Assembly (NCBI GenBank): GCA_024226235.1
Contig: JAAELW010000062.1
Coordinates: 12,700 to 76,699 of the forward strand
Direction of reading: 5' to 3'
Source of the DNA: a bacterium
GTDB taxonomy: Bacteria; Myxococcota_A; UBA9160; UBA6930
DNA: 64,000 nt
Program-made: the position numbers and the translations under genes
Part shown: positions 26,943 to 38,212 of the stretch, piece after piece
How positions within the stretch are numbered: the first letter of the stretch is position 1
How the letters are laid out: each line of letters begins with the position of its first letter
Notes under the pieces: model-generated
Seen by the model: the letters and a program-made list of their open reading frames with translations, nothing else
Told to the model about the DNA's origin: nothing
The model's database searches: none

Positions 26943-27304
26943 TCCAACCGGTCGAGGACGGCGTCGATCACCGAGGGGTGAAGGCCGAGGGGTTCGGTCA
27001 GGTGAATCTCGATGCTCGAGTGCTTGGCCTGGGCCTCTGCCACGAGACGTGGGATGTCTTCGCGCACATGGCGGCCCGGGGCCACGAAGAACGGATGGAT
27101 CGCGATTTCGCGGGCACCTGCCGCCACGAGCGCATCGATCGCATCGGCAAGTGTCGGCTCCGCAAGTTGCATGTGCGCTGCGCGAACGACACGGTCTGGA
27201 AGCCGAGTTGCGATCTCCTCGGCCAACATATCCAGCTGGGCATTCGCGGACGGCTCCCGGCTCCCGTGATCGATCAGCACGATGCCTCGCATACCACCTA
27301 CCAA
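26933..27304 (-). CDS. cbiX: sirohydrochlorin chelatase, short CbiX type
   Basis: 123 aa. GIVLIDHGSREPSAN...IAIHPFFVAPGRHVREDIP is a CbiX/SirB pattern. Confidence 0.8.
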   Translation of the reverse strand: MVGGMRGIVLIDHGSREPSANAQLDMLAEEIATRLPDRVVRAAHMQLAEPTLADAIDALVAAGAREIAIHPFFVAPGRHVREDIPRLVAEAQAKHSSIEIHLTEPLGLHPSVIDAVLDRLDQT

Positions 27305-27451
27305 TGGGATCCCGTCACCTCGACGGGCCCTCCACCCGGATGAGGCATGCCAGGATCAAGGGTCCGCCTGCGCCACAGTCGTGCTCCGTGCTGCATCCCC
27401 GCAAGCATACCCACGCGGCAGGGTGTCCGCCGATCCGATATCCTGCTCTGT

Positions 27452-28177
27452 ATGCCGAGTGCCGGAATCCTGATCATCGGCAACGAGATCCTCTCCGGAA
27501 AAGTCACCGATTCGAACTCTCCGTTCCTGTGTCGGGAGCTCCGTCGGCTCGGTGTGGATGTCGATCGGATCCTCACCATTCCCGATGATGTCGACCTGAT
27601 CGCACGCGAGGTTCGCACGCTAAGCGACGCCTATGATTTCGTGTTCACCTCCGGTGGTATCGGCCCGACCCATGACGATCTCACCATGGACGGCGTGGCC
27701 GCTGCATTCGGTCGAAAGGTGGTACGCAACGAGTCGATCGTCGCGCGCATGGAGCGGGTCCAGAACGGACCGGCCAACGAGAGCCAGGTGAAGATGGCGA
27801 TGATTCCCGACGGCGCCCAGCTGATCGACGCTGGCGACCTCTGGTTTCCCGTGGTGGTCGTGGAGAATGTGCACGTCTTTCCGGGGATCCCCGAACTCCT
27901 CTGCAAGAAGTTCATGTCGATCCGAGATCGCTTCCGCGGAGTCCCCTTCCTGTTGAAGAGGGTCTACGTGCGTAGGCGGGAGAGCGACATCGCGGAGTCG
28001 CTTCACGAACTCCTTGGTGAATTCCCCGAGTTGATGCTCGGTTCCTATCCGAAGATCGGCGAAGAGGCCTTTCACGTGTTGCTGACCCTCGAATCCCGCG
28101 ATGCGGGCTACCTTCAAAAGGCCCTCGATTCACTTCTCAGCCGGCTGCCGGACGACGCCGTCCACAAGGTCGAGTAG
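27452..28177 (+). CDS. CinA/MoaB-type molybdopterin-binding (MoCF) domain protein
   Basis: ATG 27452 gives MPSAGILIIGNEILSGKVTDSNSPFLCRELRRLG...FTSGGIGPTHDDLT. The track ORF's 35-aa extension looks spurious. Confidence 0.75.
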   Translation: MPSAGILIIGNEILSGKVTDSNSPFLCRELRRLGVDVDRILTIPDDVDLIAREVRTLSDAYDFVFTSGGIGPTHDDLTMDGVAAAFGRKVVRNESIVARMERVQNGPANESQVKMAMIPDGAQLIDAGDLWFPVVVVENVHVFPGIPELLCKKFMSIRDRFRGVPFLLKRVYVRRRESDIAESLHELLGEFPELMLGSYPKIGEEAFHVLLTLESRDAGYLQKALDSLLSRLPDDAVHKVE

Positions 28178-28243
28178 CTGGGCGGCGCCACCGATCCGAC
28201 GGGCCAGGACCCGCTCCTTTTCTGGCTCGCTCACGCGCATCCG

Positions 28244-28630
28244 TTGTGGATGATCGTTTCGATCCTGTGTGCGGGTTGGGCGCTCCGCAGTGGCTTGCGC
28301 CTGCGTAGTGCGAGGCGGACGGGTGTCCGGCGGCCGAAGGGCGAGAGGCATCGCCACATTTGGCGCGCGAAGTCCGCCACGGCGATGGTCACCGTCGGCT
28401 ACTCGGCTGGCCTGGCTTCTGCCTTCTGGCTTCGCGGCTGGGACGTCTTCACCACTGCCCATGGCTTCGTCAGCACCGCGGCCCTGCTGCTCTTCCTGGC
28501 GACCGGGATCCTGGGCCGGAGGCTCGAGACGGGACGAAGTCGAGCAGTCGACCAGCACGCGGTGATTGCGCTGGCCGCGGTCGGAACCGCGGTGGCGAGC
28601 TTCTTTACCGGCTTCGTGCTGCTTCCGTAG
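28244..28630 (+). CDS. hypothetical membrane protein (DUF4079-like)
   Basis: 128 aa with about 4 hydrophobic helices. Family assignment is tentative. Confidence 0.5.
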   Translation: MWMIVSILCAGWALRSGLRLRSARRTGVRRPKGERHRHIWRAKSATAMVTVGYSAGLASAFWLRGWDVFTTAHGFVSTAALLLFLATGILGRRLETGRSRAVDQHAVIALAAVGTAVASFFTGFVLLP

Positions 28631-28647
28631 GCGGGACCACCGGAAGC

Positions 28648-29733
28648 TCAGCCCGGGTTCTGGGCTCGCTGGCGCAGCCAATGATCGGCGAGGACGAGGT
28701 AGACCATGGCCTCGACCAGCGGCACCGCGCGGGGCAGCACACAAGGGTCATGGCGCCCCTTGGCAGAGAGCTTTGTGGCGTGGCCCTCGCGATCGACCGT
28801 GTCTTGTTCGATGGCGATCGTGGCCGTCGGTTTGAATGCGACGCGCAGCGTGATCGGCTCCCCGTTGCTGATGCCGCCCTGTATTCCACCAGAGCGATTC
28901 GTCGTCGTATGTGGGCGGCCGTCCATTCCTGGGACGAACGGGTCGTTGTGCTCACTTCCGGAAAGCCGGGTCCCGCCGAAGCCACTGCCGATCTCGAAGC
29001 CCTTGGAGGCGGGCAGGGACATCATGCCCTTTGCGAGGTCGGCTTCGAGCTTGTCGAAGACAGGCTCGCCTAGCCCAGCCGGAACACCGCGCGCCACGCA
29101 CTCGACCACACCACCCAGTGAATCGCCTCGCTCCCGTGCGGCGTCGATCCGTTTCTCGAATTCCGCGGATGCGACGGCATCCGGACAGCGAACGAGGCTG
29201 GCCTCGACATCGGCCAGGCTGACCCCGCTTGCATCCACCTTTGCCTCCACGTCGTGAACCTGCTGGACCCATCCGACCACATCGATGTCGGATTGTTCAT
29301 GAAGGAGCTTGCTCGCGAGCGCACCGGCGGCAACGCGGCCGATCGTTTCGCGTGCGCTGGCTCGGCCGCCGCCCTGCCAGTTGCGGATGCCGAACTTGGC
29401 TTCGTAGGTGTAGTCCGCATGGGAGGGACGGTAGACGTCCTTCATTTCCTCGTAGGAAGAAGGTCGTGCGTCTTCGTTGCGCACGATCATCGCGATCGGG
29501 GTTCCGAGTGTCCGACCTTCGAATACGCCGGATACGATCTCGACCCGGTCTTCTTCCTGCCGCGGTGTGGTGAAGCGGCTCTGGCCCGGCTTGCGCCGGT
29601 CGAGCGCCTGCTGGATCTCCTGTTCGGAGATCTCCAACCGCGGCGGACAGCCGTCCACGACCACGCCCACGGCGCCGCCGTGGGACTCTCCGAAGGTGGA
29701 GATGCGAAAGAGTTGGCCGGTCGTGCTGCTCAT
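28648..29733 (-). CDS. aroC: chorismate synthase
   Basis: ATG 29733 gives [33 protein letters not shown], and [13 protein letters not shown] lies near the C-terminus. Confidence 0.93.
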   Translation of the reverse strand: MSSTTGQLFRISTFGESHGGAVGVVVDGCPPRLEISEQEIQQALDRRKPGQSRFTTPRQEEDRVEIVSGVFEGRTLGTPIAMIVRNEDARPSSYEEMKDVYRPSHADYTYEAKFGIRNWQGGGRASARETIGRVAAGALASKLLHEQSDIDVVGWVQQVHDVEAKVDASGVSLADVEASLVRCPDAVASAEFEKRIDAARERGDSLGGVVECVARGVPAGLGEPVFDKLEADLAKGMMSLPASKGFEIGSGFGGTRLSGSEHNDPFVPGMDGRPHTTTNRSGGIQGGISNGEPITLRVAFKPTATIAIEQDTVDREGHATKLSAKGRHDPCVLPRAVPLVEAMVYLVLADHWLRQRAQNPG

Positions 29734-29752
29734 GGTGCGCTTTCGAAGATAG

Positions 29753-30133
29753 CTACCTGCTTCTTCGGCGTCGCAGCAATACGTAGCAGGCCCCCTGGCC
29801 ACCATCACGGGGCAGAGCGGTGGCGAATGCCATCACACGGCGCCCCGCTGGAGGAGCCGTAAGCCATTCCGGCAGCGCCTCCCGCAGAACGGGTCCGAGT
29901 TCGGAGCCGTGCCCACGGCCGTGGATCACCAGCAGGCAGCGATCACCCTGCTGATAGGCCTCTTCGAGGGCTGCGCGTACCAGGGGGCCGGCGTCCCGCT
30001 TGCTTAGCCCGTGAAGATCGAGCTCCGAGTCGATCGGAACCTCGCCCCGGGCAAGTCGATCGCGGTGCGCCGGATCGATTCCCTCCGCGAGGCCCTGCAG
30101 GCGCTCGCCGCGGCGCTCGATGTCGAAGCTCAT
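29753..30133 (-). CDS. Smr (small MutS-related) domain protein
   Basis: ATG 30133 overlaps the mutY stop (ATGA). [11 protein letters not shown]...[11 protein letters not shown] is the Smr domain signature. Confidence 0.8.
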   Translation of the reverse strand: MSFDIERRGERLQGLAEGIDPAHRDRLARGEVPIDSELDLHGLSKRDAGPLVRAALEEAYQQGDRCLLVIHGRGHGSELGPVLREALPEWLTAPPAGRRVMAFATALPRDGGQGACYVLLRRRRSR

Positions 30134-31188
30134 CTTCCGAGAGCGATCGCCTTCTGGGCGATCCTCGAGAGCGGAAGGGCATTCAATCCGCGTTCCGAGA
30201 GCCAGCGATGGGCGTCGTATTCGCGACGTCGAACCCGCCCACCGGCTGTCTCGACGCGCAACACGTGAAGTTCGAGGTGGCGATGGGTGAAGACTTGTTC
30301 GACGGAGCCCAGCGTTTTGCAACTCTTTGCCGTCAGTCCGAGCCGTTCGCGGAGGTTCCTGCTGATGGCAGCTTCCGGCGTTTCGCCGGACACGAGTTCT
30401 CCGCCTGGGAGCTCCCACAGACCGCCTAGCAAGCCACCAGGCGGGCGGCGGGCCGCCAGGTGGCGCCCATTTCTCGTGATGCGGGCCGCGACGGCCGCCA
30501 CGCGCTTCGGAGCCTTTCTTGCGGCCTTGAAGGGCAGGGCCGCGGCATCTCCAGCTTCGTGAGCATTGCAGCGCCGCTCCAGTGGACAACGGGCGCACTC
30601 CGGAGCTCGCGGAGTGCAGATCGTGGCGCCGAGCTCCATCACCGCCTGGTTGAGGTCCCCCGGCCTACGCCCGCGGGCTAGAGTTTCGGCTTCCTGCCAG
30701 AGCCGTGCCTGCACCGAGGCAGCCAGGATGTCCTGCCGGATTCCGAAGAAACGCGCGAATACACGGGCCACGTTTCCATCGACGATCGGTGCGGGACGGT
30801 CGAAGGCGATGGATGCCACGGCACCCGCCGTATAGCGACCCACTCCAGGAAGCGAGAGAAGACCGTCGACCTCGTCGGGCAGATCGCCGTGGTGGTGCTC
30901 GACGATCTGTCGCGCAGCCGCTCGAAGGTTGCGCGCGCGCCGGTAGTAGCCGAGGCCCGCCCAATGCTCCATCAGATCGTCCGCGTCAGCATCGGCGAGT
31001 GATTCGACCGTGGGAAAGCGCTCCAGGAAGCGCTCGTAGTACGGGATGACCGTGTCGACCCGGGTCTGTTGGAGCATCGTTTCGGAAATCCAGATTTCGT
31101 AGGGATCCCGAGTCCGGCGCCAGGGGAGGTCTCGTGCCTCCCGGTCATACCACCGCAGCAACGCGCCGCGCATGCTCCTCGCGGTCAA
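30130..31188 (-). CDS. mutY: A/G-specific adenine DNA glycosylase
   Basis: HhH-GPD core, the [4Fe-4S] loop CTPRAPECARCPLERRC, and a C-terminal NUDIX-like domain. Confidence 0.92.
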   Translation of the reverse strand: MTARSMRGALLRWYDREARDLPWRRTRDPYEIWISETMLQQTRVDTVIPYYERFLERFPTVESLADADADDLMEHWAGLGYYRRARNLRAAARQIVEHHHGDLPDEVDGLLSLPGVGRYTAGAVASIAFDRPAPIVDGNVARVFARFFGIRQDILAASVQARLWQEAETLARGRRPGDLNQAVMELGATICTPRAPECARCPLERRCNAHEAGDAAALPFKAARKAPKRVAAVAARITRNGRHLAARRPPGGLLGGLWELPGGELVSGETPEAAISRNLRERLGLTAKSCKTLGSVEQVFTHRHLELHVLRVETAGGRVRRREYDAHRWLSERGLNALPLSRIAQKAIALGR

Positions 31189-31246
31189 GGCTCTACCGCG
31201 AGCGCCCGGACCCGGATGGTGGCGGAGCCCGTCGTCTGCACTGCCT

Positions 31247-32626
31247 TCATGGCCTGGGTTCGAGTCGGGCCTCGATGTGCTCCCTTACCCACTTTGCGTC
31301 CCACCACTCCTTCGGGTCGACGTAGGTGTCGCCCACCAGGATTGCGAAGTGCAGGTGGTCGCCTCCAGCCAGGCCTGTTGCGCCGGAGGTTCCGAGGGTC
31401 TGGCCGCGGGTGACCTGATCGCCCGGTCCGACGTCGATGCGCGAGAGATGGCCGTAGAGCGATGTGACGCCGAGGCCGTGATCGAGGATCACGCAGTTGC
31501 CGTAGATGCCAAGTGCGTCCGCAAATAGCACCCGGCCTGCGTTCGCGGCTTCGATTCCGGCGCCGGCGGTGGACGCCAGATCGTAGCCATAGTGGATTGC
31601 CTCGGAGACCTTCTTTCCATCGACGATGTACGATCGGTGCTCGGCGAAGCGGCTGGTGACCTTCGAGCCCCGCATCTGCAGGAACCGGCCCTCGAATGCG
31701 AGTTCCGAAGTGCCCCGTGCCACGATTCGGCGAATCTCCGCCTCGTTGGCAGCGCGGACCTCGCGGTTGATGTGCTGGAATACGGCGACCGGGTCTGACG
31801 CATCGAGGCCCAGGGCATCGGCCAATTCGGGCACCTTGCCGGTCAGGAAGCCCTGTCCAAGAGGGATCGTGTCTTCGTTGAAGCCGCGTTCCTGGAGCCG
31901 TGTCGCCCAGGAACCGGTTCCCCGATTGCCGGCAGCATCCTCCGCGACCACGCGGATCGGCACATTGGCTGGTGCATCTCGCGGTATCGCGAAGATGGCA
32001 ATGCGCCGTCCGTCCGTGTCGCCGGGCAGGGGATGGCCCTTGAAGAACGCCTCACCCACCAGGACGCCATCGCGGGGTGCCTCTTCGGTCACCCTGTAGA
32101 CGACGGAGGCGCTTCCGGCGCGTTTCACGTAGGTGAGGCCGGTATCCACCGAAACGCGCGGTGCCTTCAGATCGATGCGGACTGGAACTTCGAGCACGCT
32201 GGTGTTGCCAGAGAACAGCGCAGCCCACGACCAGTCGGTCGCCTCGATGATCAGGAAGGCTTCTCCCTCGGTCAGGCCGAGCGCCTTCGGGTCGAGCTTC
32301 GCTACGACGTCGGGAACACCGGGCTTGGTGATGGCGCCAGTAGGCAGGCTCCCCGGGTAGCTTTGATGAAACACCGCAGCATCGCCGCCAGCATGCCGAA
32401 GCCGGACCTCCAGCTCCTTGATACCTGAACGAGGGTCTTTTGCCCCAACGTTGATTTCGAGCCCTGCACGGCCGATCACGATCTGATCCGGGGCACGGAT
32501 TTCCGGCGGAACGCCCTCGCAGCGCAGCCAGATGCTCGTCCCCGTCACGATCGCGAGGGCGAGCATCGCGATCACACCCCAGGCTCGACCCGTCATGACG
32601 GCCGAGTCTACCACCCGGAATGGCAA
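31247..32626 (-). CDS. M23-family metallopeptidase (LytM-like)
   Basis: N-terminal membrane anchor. The C-terminal ILDHGLGVTSLYGHL...GATGLAGGDHLHF carries the HxxxD / HxH zinc motifs. Confidence 0.88.
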   Translation of the reverse strand: MPFRVVDSAVMTGRAWGVIAMLALAIVTGTSIWLRCEGVPPEIRAPDQIVIGRAGLEINVGAKDPRSGIKELEVRLRHAGGDAAVFHQSYPGSLPTGAITKPGVPDVVAKLDPKALGLTEGEAFLIIEATDWSWAALFSGNTSVLEVPVRIDLKAPRVSVDTGLTYVKRAGSASVVYRVTEEAPRDGVLVGEAFFKGHPLPGDTDGRRIAIFAIPRDAPANVPIRVVAEDAAGNRGTGSWATRLQERGFNEDTIPLGQGFLTGKVPELADALGLDASDPVAVFQHINREVRAANEAEIRRIVARGTSELAFEGRFLQMRGSKVTSRFAEHRSYIVDGKKVSEAIHYGYDLASTAGAGIEAANAGRVLFADALGIYGNCVILDHGLGVTSLYGHLSRIDVGPGDQVTRGQTLGTSGATGLAGGDHLHFAILVGDTYVDPKEWWDAKWVREHIEARLEPRP

Positions 32627-32700
32627 GAGTCGGGCTGCGGCCAGATTGACGCGGGCGAGGCCGGCCGCGATCCTCCGCCCCTTTCCTGCGAGGAGACACC

Positions 32701-33315
32701 ATGCCCATTCGCCGCTTGATCCTGGTCCGCCACGGTGAGACCGACGGCGAATCGAGTATCCGCTACCACGGCAGTACCGACGTCGGGCTCTCCGTAGAGG
32801 GCCGGGCCCAGATGGGTCGGGTGGCTGGCGAACTCCGCAATGAACCCGCCGACCTCTTCGTCGCGAGTACGCTCAAGCGCTCGTGGGCCGGAGCCGCGAT
32901 CGTCAGCCGCGGCGCCCACATCCGGATCGAAGCAGACCTGCGGGAAATCCACTTCGGGCGCTGGGAAGGGCTCACCCGAGCTGAGATCCAGGCCCAGGAC
33001 CCGGTCCTGTTCGAGGATTGGCAGGCGGGCGCAGCCGGCTTCGAGTATCCGGGGGGAGAGCTGCGAAGCGATTTCCAGGCCCGCATCGGTCGAGCTCTCG
33101 AGCGGATCGCTTCGAACCACGGCCATACCGCCATCGCCATTCTGCACAAGGGAGTGATCTGCGAGATCGTTCGCCAGCTGACAAGCCAGGCTCCCGCAGC
33201 AGGCCAACCCGAGATCGGCGCTCGCATCGTCCTCACCCGCCGCAGCGGCAATGCCTGGCACCTGGGTCAACGCTCCACAAACCCCCACGACCCGAACCAG
33301 CAACTCACCGTCTAA
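32701..33315 (+). CDS. histidine phosphatase family protein (GpmB/CobC-like)
   Basis: LILVRHGETDGES (RHG motif), with a second His context later in the sequence. Confidence 0.85.
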   Translation: MPIRRLILVRHGETDGESSIRYHGSTDVGLSVEGRAQMGRVAGELRNEPADLFVASTLKRSWAGAAIVSRGAHIRIEADLREIHFGRWEGLTRAEIQAQDPVLFEDWQAGAAGFEYPGGELRSDFQARIGRALERIASNHGHTAIAILHKGVICEIVRQLTSQAPAAGQPEIGARIVLTRRSGNAWHLGQRSTNPHDPNQQLTV

Positions 33316-33449
33316 CACCCCACCAATCCGGCCCCTTTCTTAACAGCCCTTTCGCAACAGGATTTACAGGGGGTTTACAGCGGGATGGGGGAGTGGGTCG
33401 TAGGCTCGATGGTGAGAATTGAGTCTCAATCCCACTCGAGGAAATCCCC

Positions 33450-34640
33450 ATGAACGAATCCAAATCCCGTTTCATCCTTGTTCGCCAGCTTGGGCTGGTG
33501 GCGGTACTGGCTCTGGCGACGCTCGCAGTTGCCCATGCTCGCTCTTTTCCGTCCGAGGATGTGGTTAGGCCGGTTGCTGCGCCCCATTCCGTGTCGTCTC
33601 CCGATGCGCGCATCGAAGTTGCCTTCGTGCTCGATACCACCGGTTCGATGTCCGGCCTGATCGAAGGAGCGAAACAGAAGATCTGGTCGATCGCCAATAA
33701 GATGGCTGGTTCGAAGCAAGGTGCCGGTGTTCGGATCGCACTGATCGGTTACCGCGACCGCGGCGATGCGTACGTGACCAGGCGCTTCGATCTGACAGAC
33801 GACATTGACGGAATCTATTCCCACCTGCAGGCCTTTCGTGCCCAGGGTGGGGGTGATACTCCGGAATCGGTGAATCAGGCATTGCGCGAAGCCGTGAACG
33901 ATCTCTCCTGGAGCGAAGCCGACGATGTCTACCGGGTGGTCTTCCTGGTGGGCGATGCGCCTCCGCACACCGACTATCCCCAGGATGTCCAATACGCTGC
34001 GACCGTGCGTCTTGCCAAGACCAAGGGCATCGTCATCAACACCGTGCAGTGTGGTGGCGACCCGACGACCACGCCGATCTGGCGCGAAATCGCTGCGATC
34101 GGCCTGGGCCAGTTTGCGGCAATCGCTCAAGATGGTGGAATGGTGGCGCTGGCTACCCCGATGGACGAAGAGCTGAACCATCTGAATCGGGCGCTGGCCT
34201 CTACCGTCCTCACCTACGGCAAGGCCGATGAGCGAGACATGATGGAGGAGAAGCTGAAGAACTCGATCGATGCCGACCCGACAGTAGTCGCCTCGCGTCT
34301 TTCCTATCTTGCAAAGACTGGCAAGCGTGCAATGTCCGGGATGAGCGATCTGGTCGATGCCTTCAAGGACGGTCTCGACATCGATTCCGTCGACACGGCT
34401 GAATTGCCCGCGGCGATGAAGCCGATGTCACCCGAAGAGCAGGGCCTATTCGTTCAACAGAAGCTGGAGGAGCGGGAGCGGGTTCAGAAGGAGATCAACG
34501 ACATCACGGTCAAGCGCGATCGCTGGATTCGTGCCGAGACCGAACGCCAGCGCGCCAGCGGCCGAGCCGATGGCTTCGACGCGACAGTGTTCGACGCCGT
34601 GAAGAAGCAGGCCGCGTCCAAGGGCATCCTGTACGAGTAG
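33450..34640 (+). CDS. secreted von Willebrand factor type A (vWA) domain protein
   Basis: Signal peptide, MIDAS motif VLDTTGSMSG, GGGDTPES, and a charged coiled-coil-like tail. Confidence 0.8.
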   Translation: MNESKSRFILVRQLGLVAVLALATLAVAHARSFPSEDVVRPVAAPHSVSSPDARIEVAFVLDTTGSMSGLIEGAKQKIWSIANKMAGSKQGAGVRIALIGYRDRGDAYVTRRFDLTDDIDGIYSHLQAFRAQGGGDTPESVNQALREAVNDLSWSEADDVYRVVFLVGDAPPHTDYPQDVQYAATVRLAKTKGIVINTVQCGGDPTTTPIWREIAAIGLGQFAAIAQDGGMVALATPMDEELNHLNRALASTVLTYGKADERDMMEEKLKNSIDADPTVVASRLSYLAKTGKRAMSGMSDLVDAFKDGLDIDSVDTAELPAAMKPMSPEEQGLFVQQKLEERERVQKEINDITVKRDRWIRAETERQRASGRADGFDATVFDAVKKQAASKGILYE

Positions 34641-34672
34641 GCAACGACGTTCCCGCGCTAGCTCTCGAGCGA

Positions 34673-34705
34673 GCGAATGCCGGGGCTCCGGCATTCGCTT
34701 GTTTG
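34673..34705 (+). terminator. intrinsic terminator between the convergent vWA and acs genes
   Basis: GCGAATGCCGG-ggct-CCGGCATTCGC is an 11-bp stem followed by TTGTTTG. Confidence 0.6.
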
Positions 34706-34709
34706 AGGT

Positions 34710-36665
<1,956 letters not shown>

Positions 36666-36677
36666 TCTTTCTCCTGG

Positions 36678-38045
36678 TCAGCTGGGGGTGCCATCGCGGA
36701 CCCAAGCTTCGATTTCCGGGGGGCTCTTGGGAATTGCGACAGTCAAATTCTCGTGACCATCCCGGGTCACGACTACGTTGTCTTCGATGCGGACGCCGAT
36801 GCCCCTCAGGGTCTCGGGCGCCTGCATGTCGTCGTCGGGGATGTAGATGCCGGGCTCCACGCTGAAGACCATGCCCGGAACGAGCGCCCGCGAACCGCCA
36901 TCCACTGTGTAGTTCCCCACGTCATGCACATCGAGGCCAAGCCAGTGGCTGGTGCCGTGCATGTAGTAGCGCCGGAAGCTCTCGTCCTCGATGCGTGCGT
37001 CTACGTCGCCTTCCAGCAAGCCGAGTTCGACCATCCCGACGGTGAGCCTGCGCACGGTCGCCTTGTGGATCTCGTCGAGGCATGTGCCGGGCTTGGATGC
37101 CTCGAGGCCGATCAGTTGCGCCTCGAGCACGACGTCATAGACATCTCGATGTGGCCCGCCGAAGGTGCCGCCAATCGGATAGGTGCGGGTCACGTCGGAG
37201 GCGTAGCCTTCGAGCTCGCAGCCCGCGTCGATCAGCAGCAACTGGCCGTCGGCCAGCGGACGATCGTTCGCGACATAGTGAAGGATGGTTGCGTTGGCAC
37301 CGCCGCCGACGATGCTGCTGTAGGCAGGCCCCGAGCTTCCACGGCGCCGGAAGGTGTAGTCGAGCACGGCCTCCAGCTCATACTCGTTGCGTCCAGCGTG
37401 GGCCAGCCGCGCCGCCTCCCGGTGGGCCTCACGGCTGATGTCCGCTGCACGCCGCATGAGCTCGAGCTCGTCCGCATCCTTGTGGAGCCGCATTTCGTGA
37501 AGCGCGCTTCGCGGATCGACGATGTCGTCGGGCGGGTTGACGCCGTGGCGGGAGCGCAAGCGCATCTCGTGCAGGATCTGGAAGAGCTTCTCATCGAGGG
37601 CCGTATCGATACCGAGTACGTGGAAGACGCGTCTCGCACCGGCAACCAGTTCGGGGAGCTTGTCGTGGAACGCCTTGATCGGATGCGCTTCGTCTGCGGC
37701 GTACTCGCTGATCGCCAGCTCGACGCCGGGCCGGAAACCATTCCAGGTTTCCATCTCCGGATCCCGGGGTTCGACGAACAGTGAATAGACCGGACCGCCG
37801 TCGGTGCGCAGGACTGCCACCGCGTGAGGGTGATCGAAACCCGTCAGGTACCAGAAATCACTGCTCTGGCGGAACGGGTAGTCCGTGTCATTCGAGCGCG
37901 AGACCCGCTTTGCACCCTGGATGATCGCGATCGCGCCATCCCCCATGGCTTCCAGGAATCTCTTTCGTCGCTCGGCATGCACGAAGCGGCAGGATAACGC
38001 CTGACGGCCGGGGAAGAAGGAGTGCAGCCAACGGCTGCACCGCAA
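36678..38045 (-). CDS. pepP: Xaa-Pro aminopeptidase (M24B)
   Basis: YPFRQSSDFWYLTGF, HGTSHWLGLDVHD, VEPGIY and GVRIEDNVVVT. The start is uncertain: the TTG at 38045 is used here, and an in-frame GTG at 37982 aligns better with the E. coli N-terminus. Confidence 0.85.
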   Translation of the reverse strand: MRCSRWLHSFFPGRQALSCRFVHAERRKRFLEAMGDGAIAIIQGAKRVSRSNDTDYPFRQSSDFWYLTGFDHPHAVAVLRTDGGPVYSLFVEPRDPEMETWNGFRPGVELAISEYAADEAHPIKAFHDKLPELVAGARRVFHVLGIDTALDEKLFQILHEMRLRSRHGVNPPDDIVDPRSALHEMRLHKDADELELMRRAADISREAHREAARLAHAGRNEYELEAVLDYTFRRRGSSGPAYSSIVGGGANATILHYVANDRPLADGQLLLIDAGCELEGYASDVTRTYPIGGTFGGPHRDVYDVVLEAQLIGLEASKPGTCLDEIHKATVRRLTVGMVELGLLEGDVDARIEDESFRRYYMHGTSHWLGLDVHDVGNYTVDGGSRALVPGMVFSVEPGIYIPDDDMQAPETLRGIGVRIEDNVVVTRDGHENLTVAIPKSPPEIEAWVRDGTPS

Positions 38046-38212
38046 ATTCGGGTTGCAGGTCGCATGATCGGTGCAACCCCTTGCCCCAGCGCCCGTTTTT
38101 CCCCATTTGCGGATATCCGGGGTTCATTGGGTGCATCCCAGTGATGCATGGTCGCGTCCGAACCCGCCTTTGGTCAAATGGGGTTCTAGGCAAAATTCCC
38201 ATATAATCCAAA

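Noticed and set aside
27305-27451. A possible cobalamin riboswitch upstream of cbiX.
   Set aside because: There is no B12-box (GCCACUG-like) or other conserved cobalamin-riboswitch element on the minus strand.
33316-33449. A possible c-di-GMP (GEMM) riboswitch in the leader of the secreted vWA gene.
   Set aside because: No GEMM-I or GEMM-II signature sequences are present. Only a generic hairpin next to the SD was found, and that is reported as a low-interest observation.
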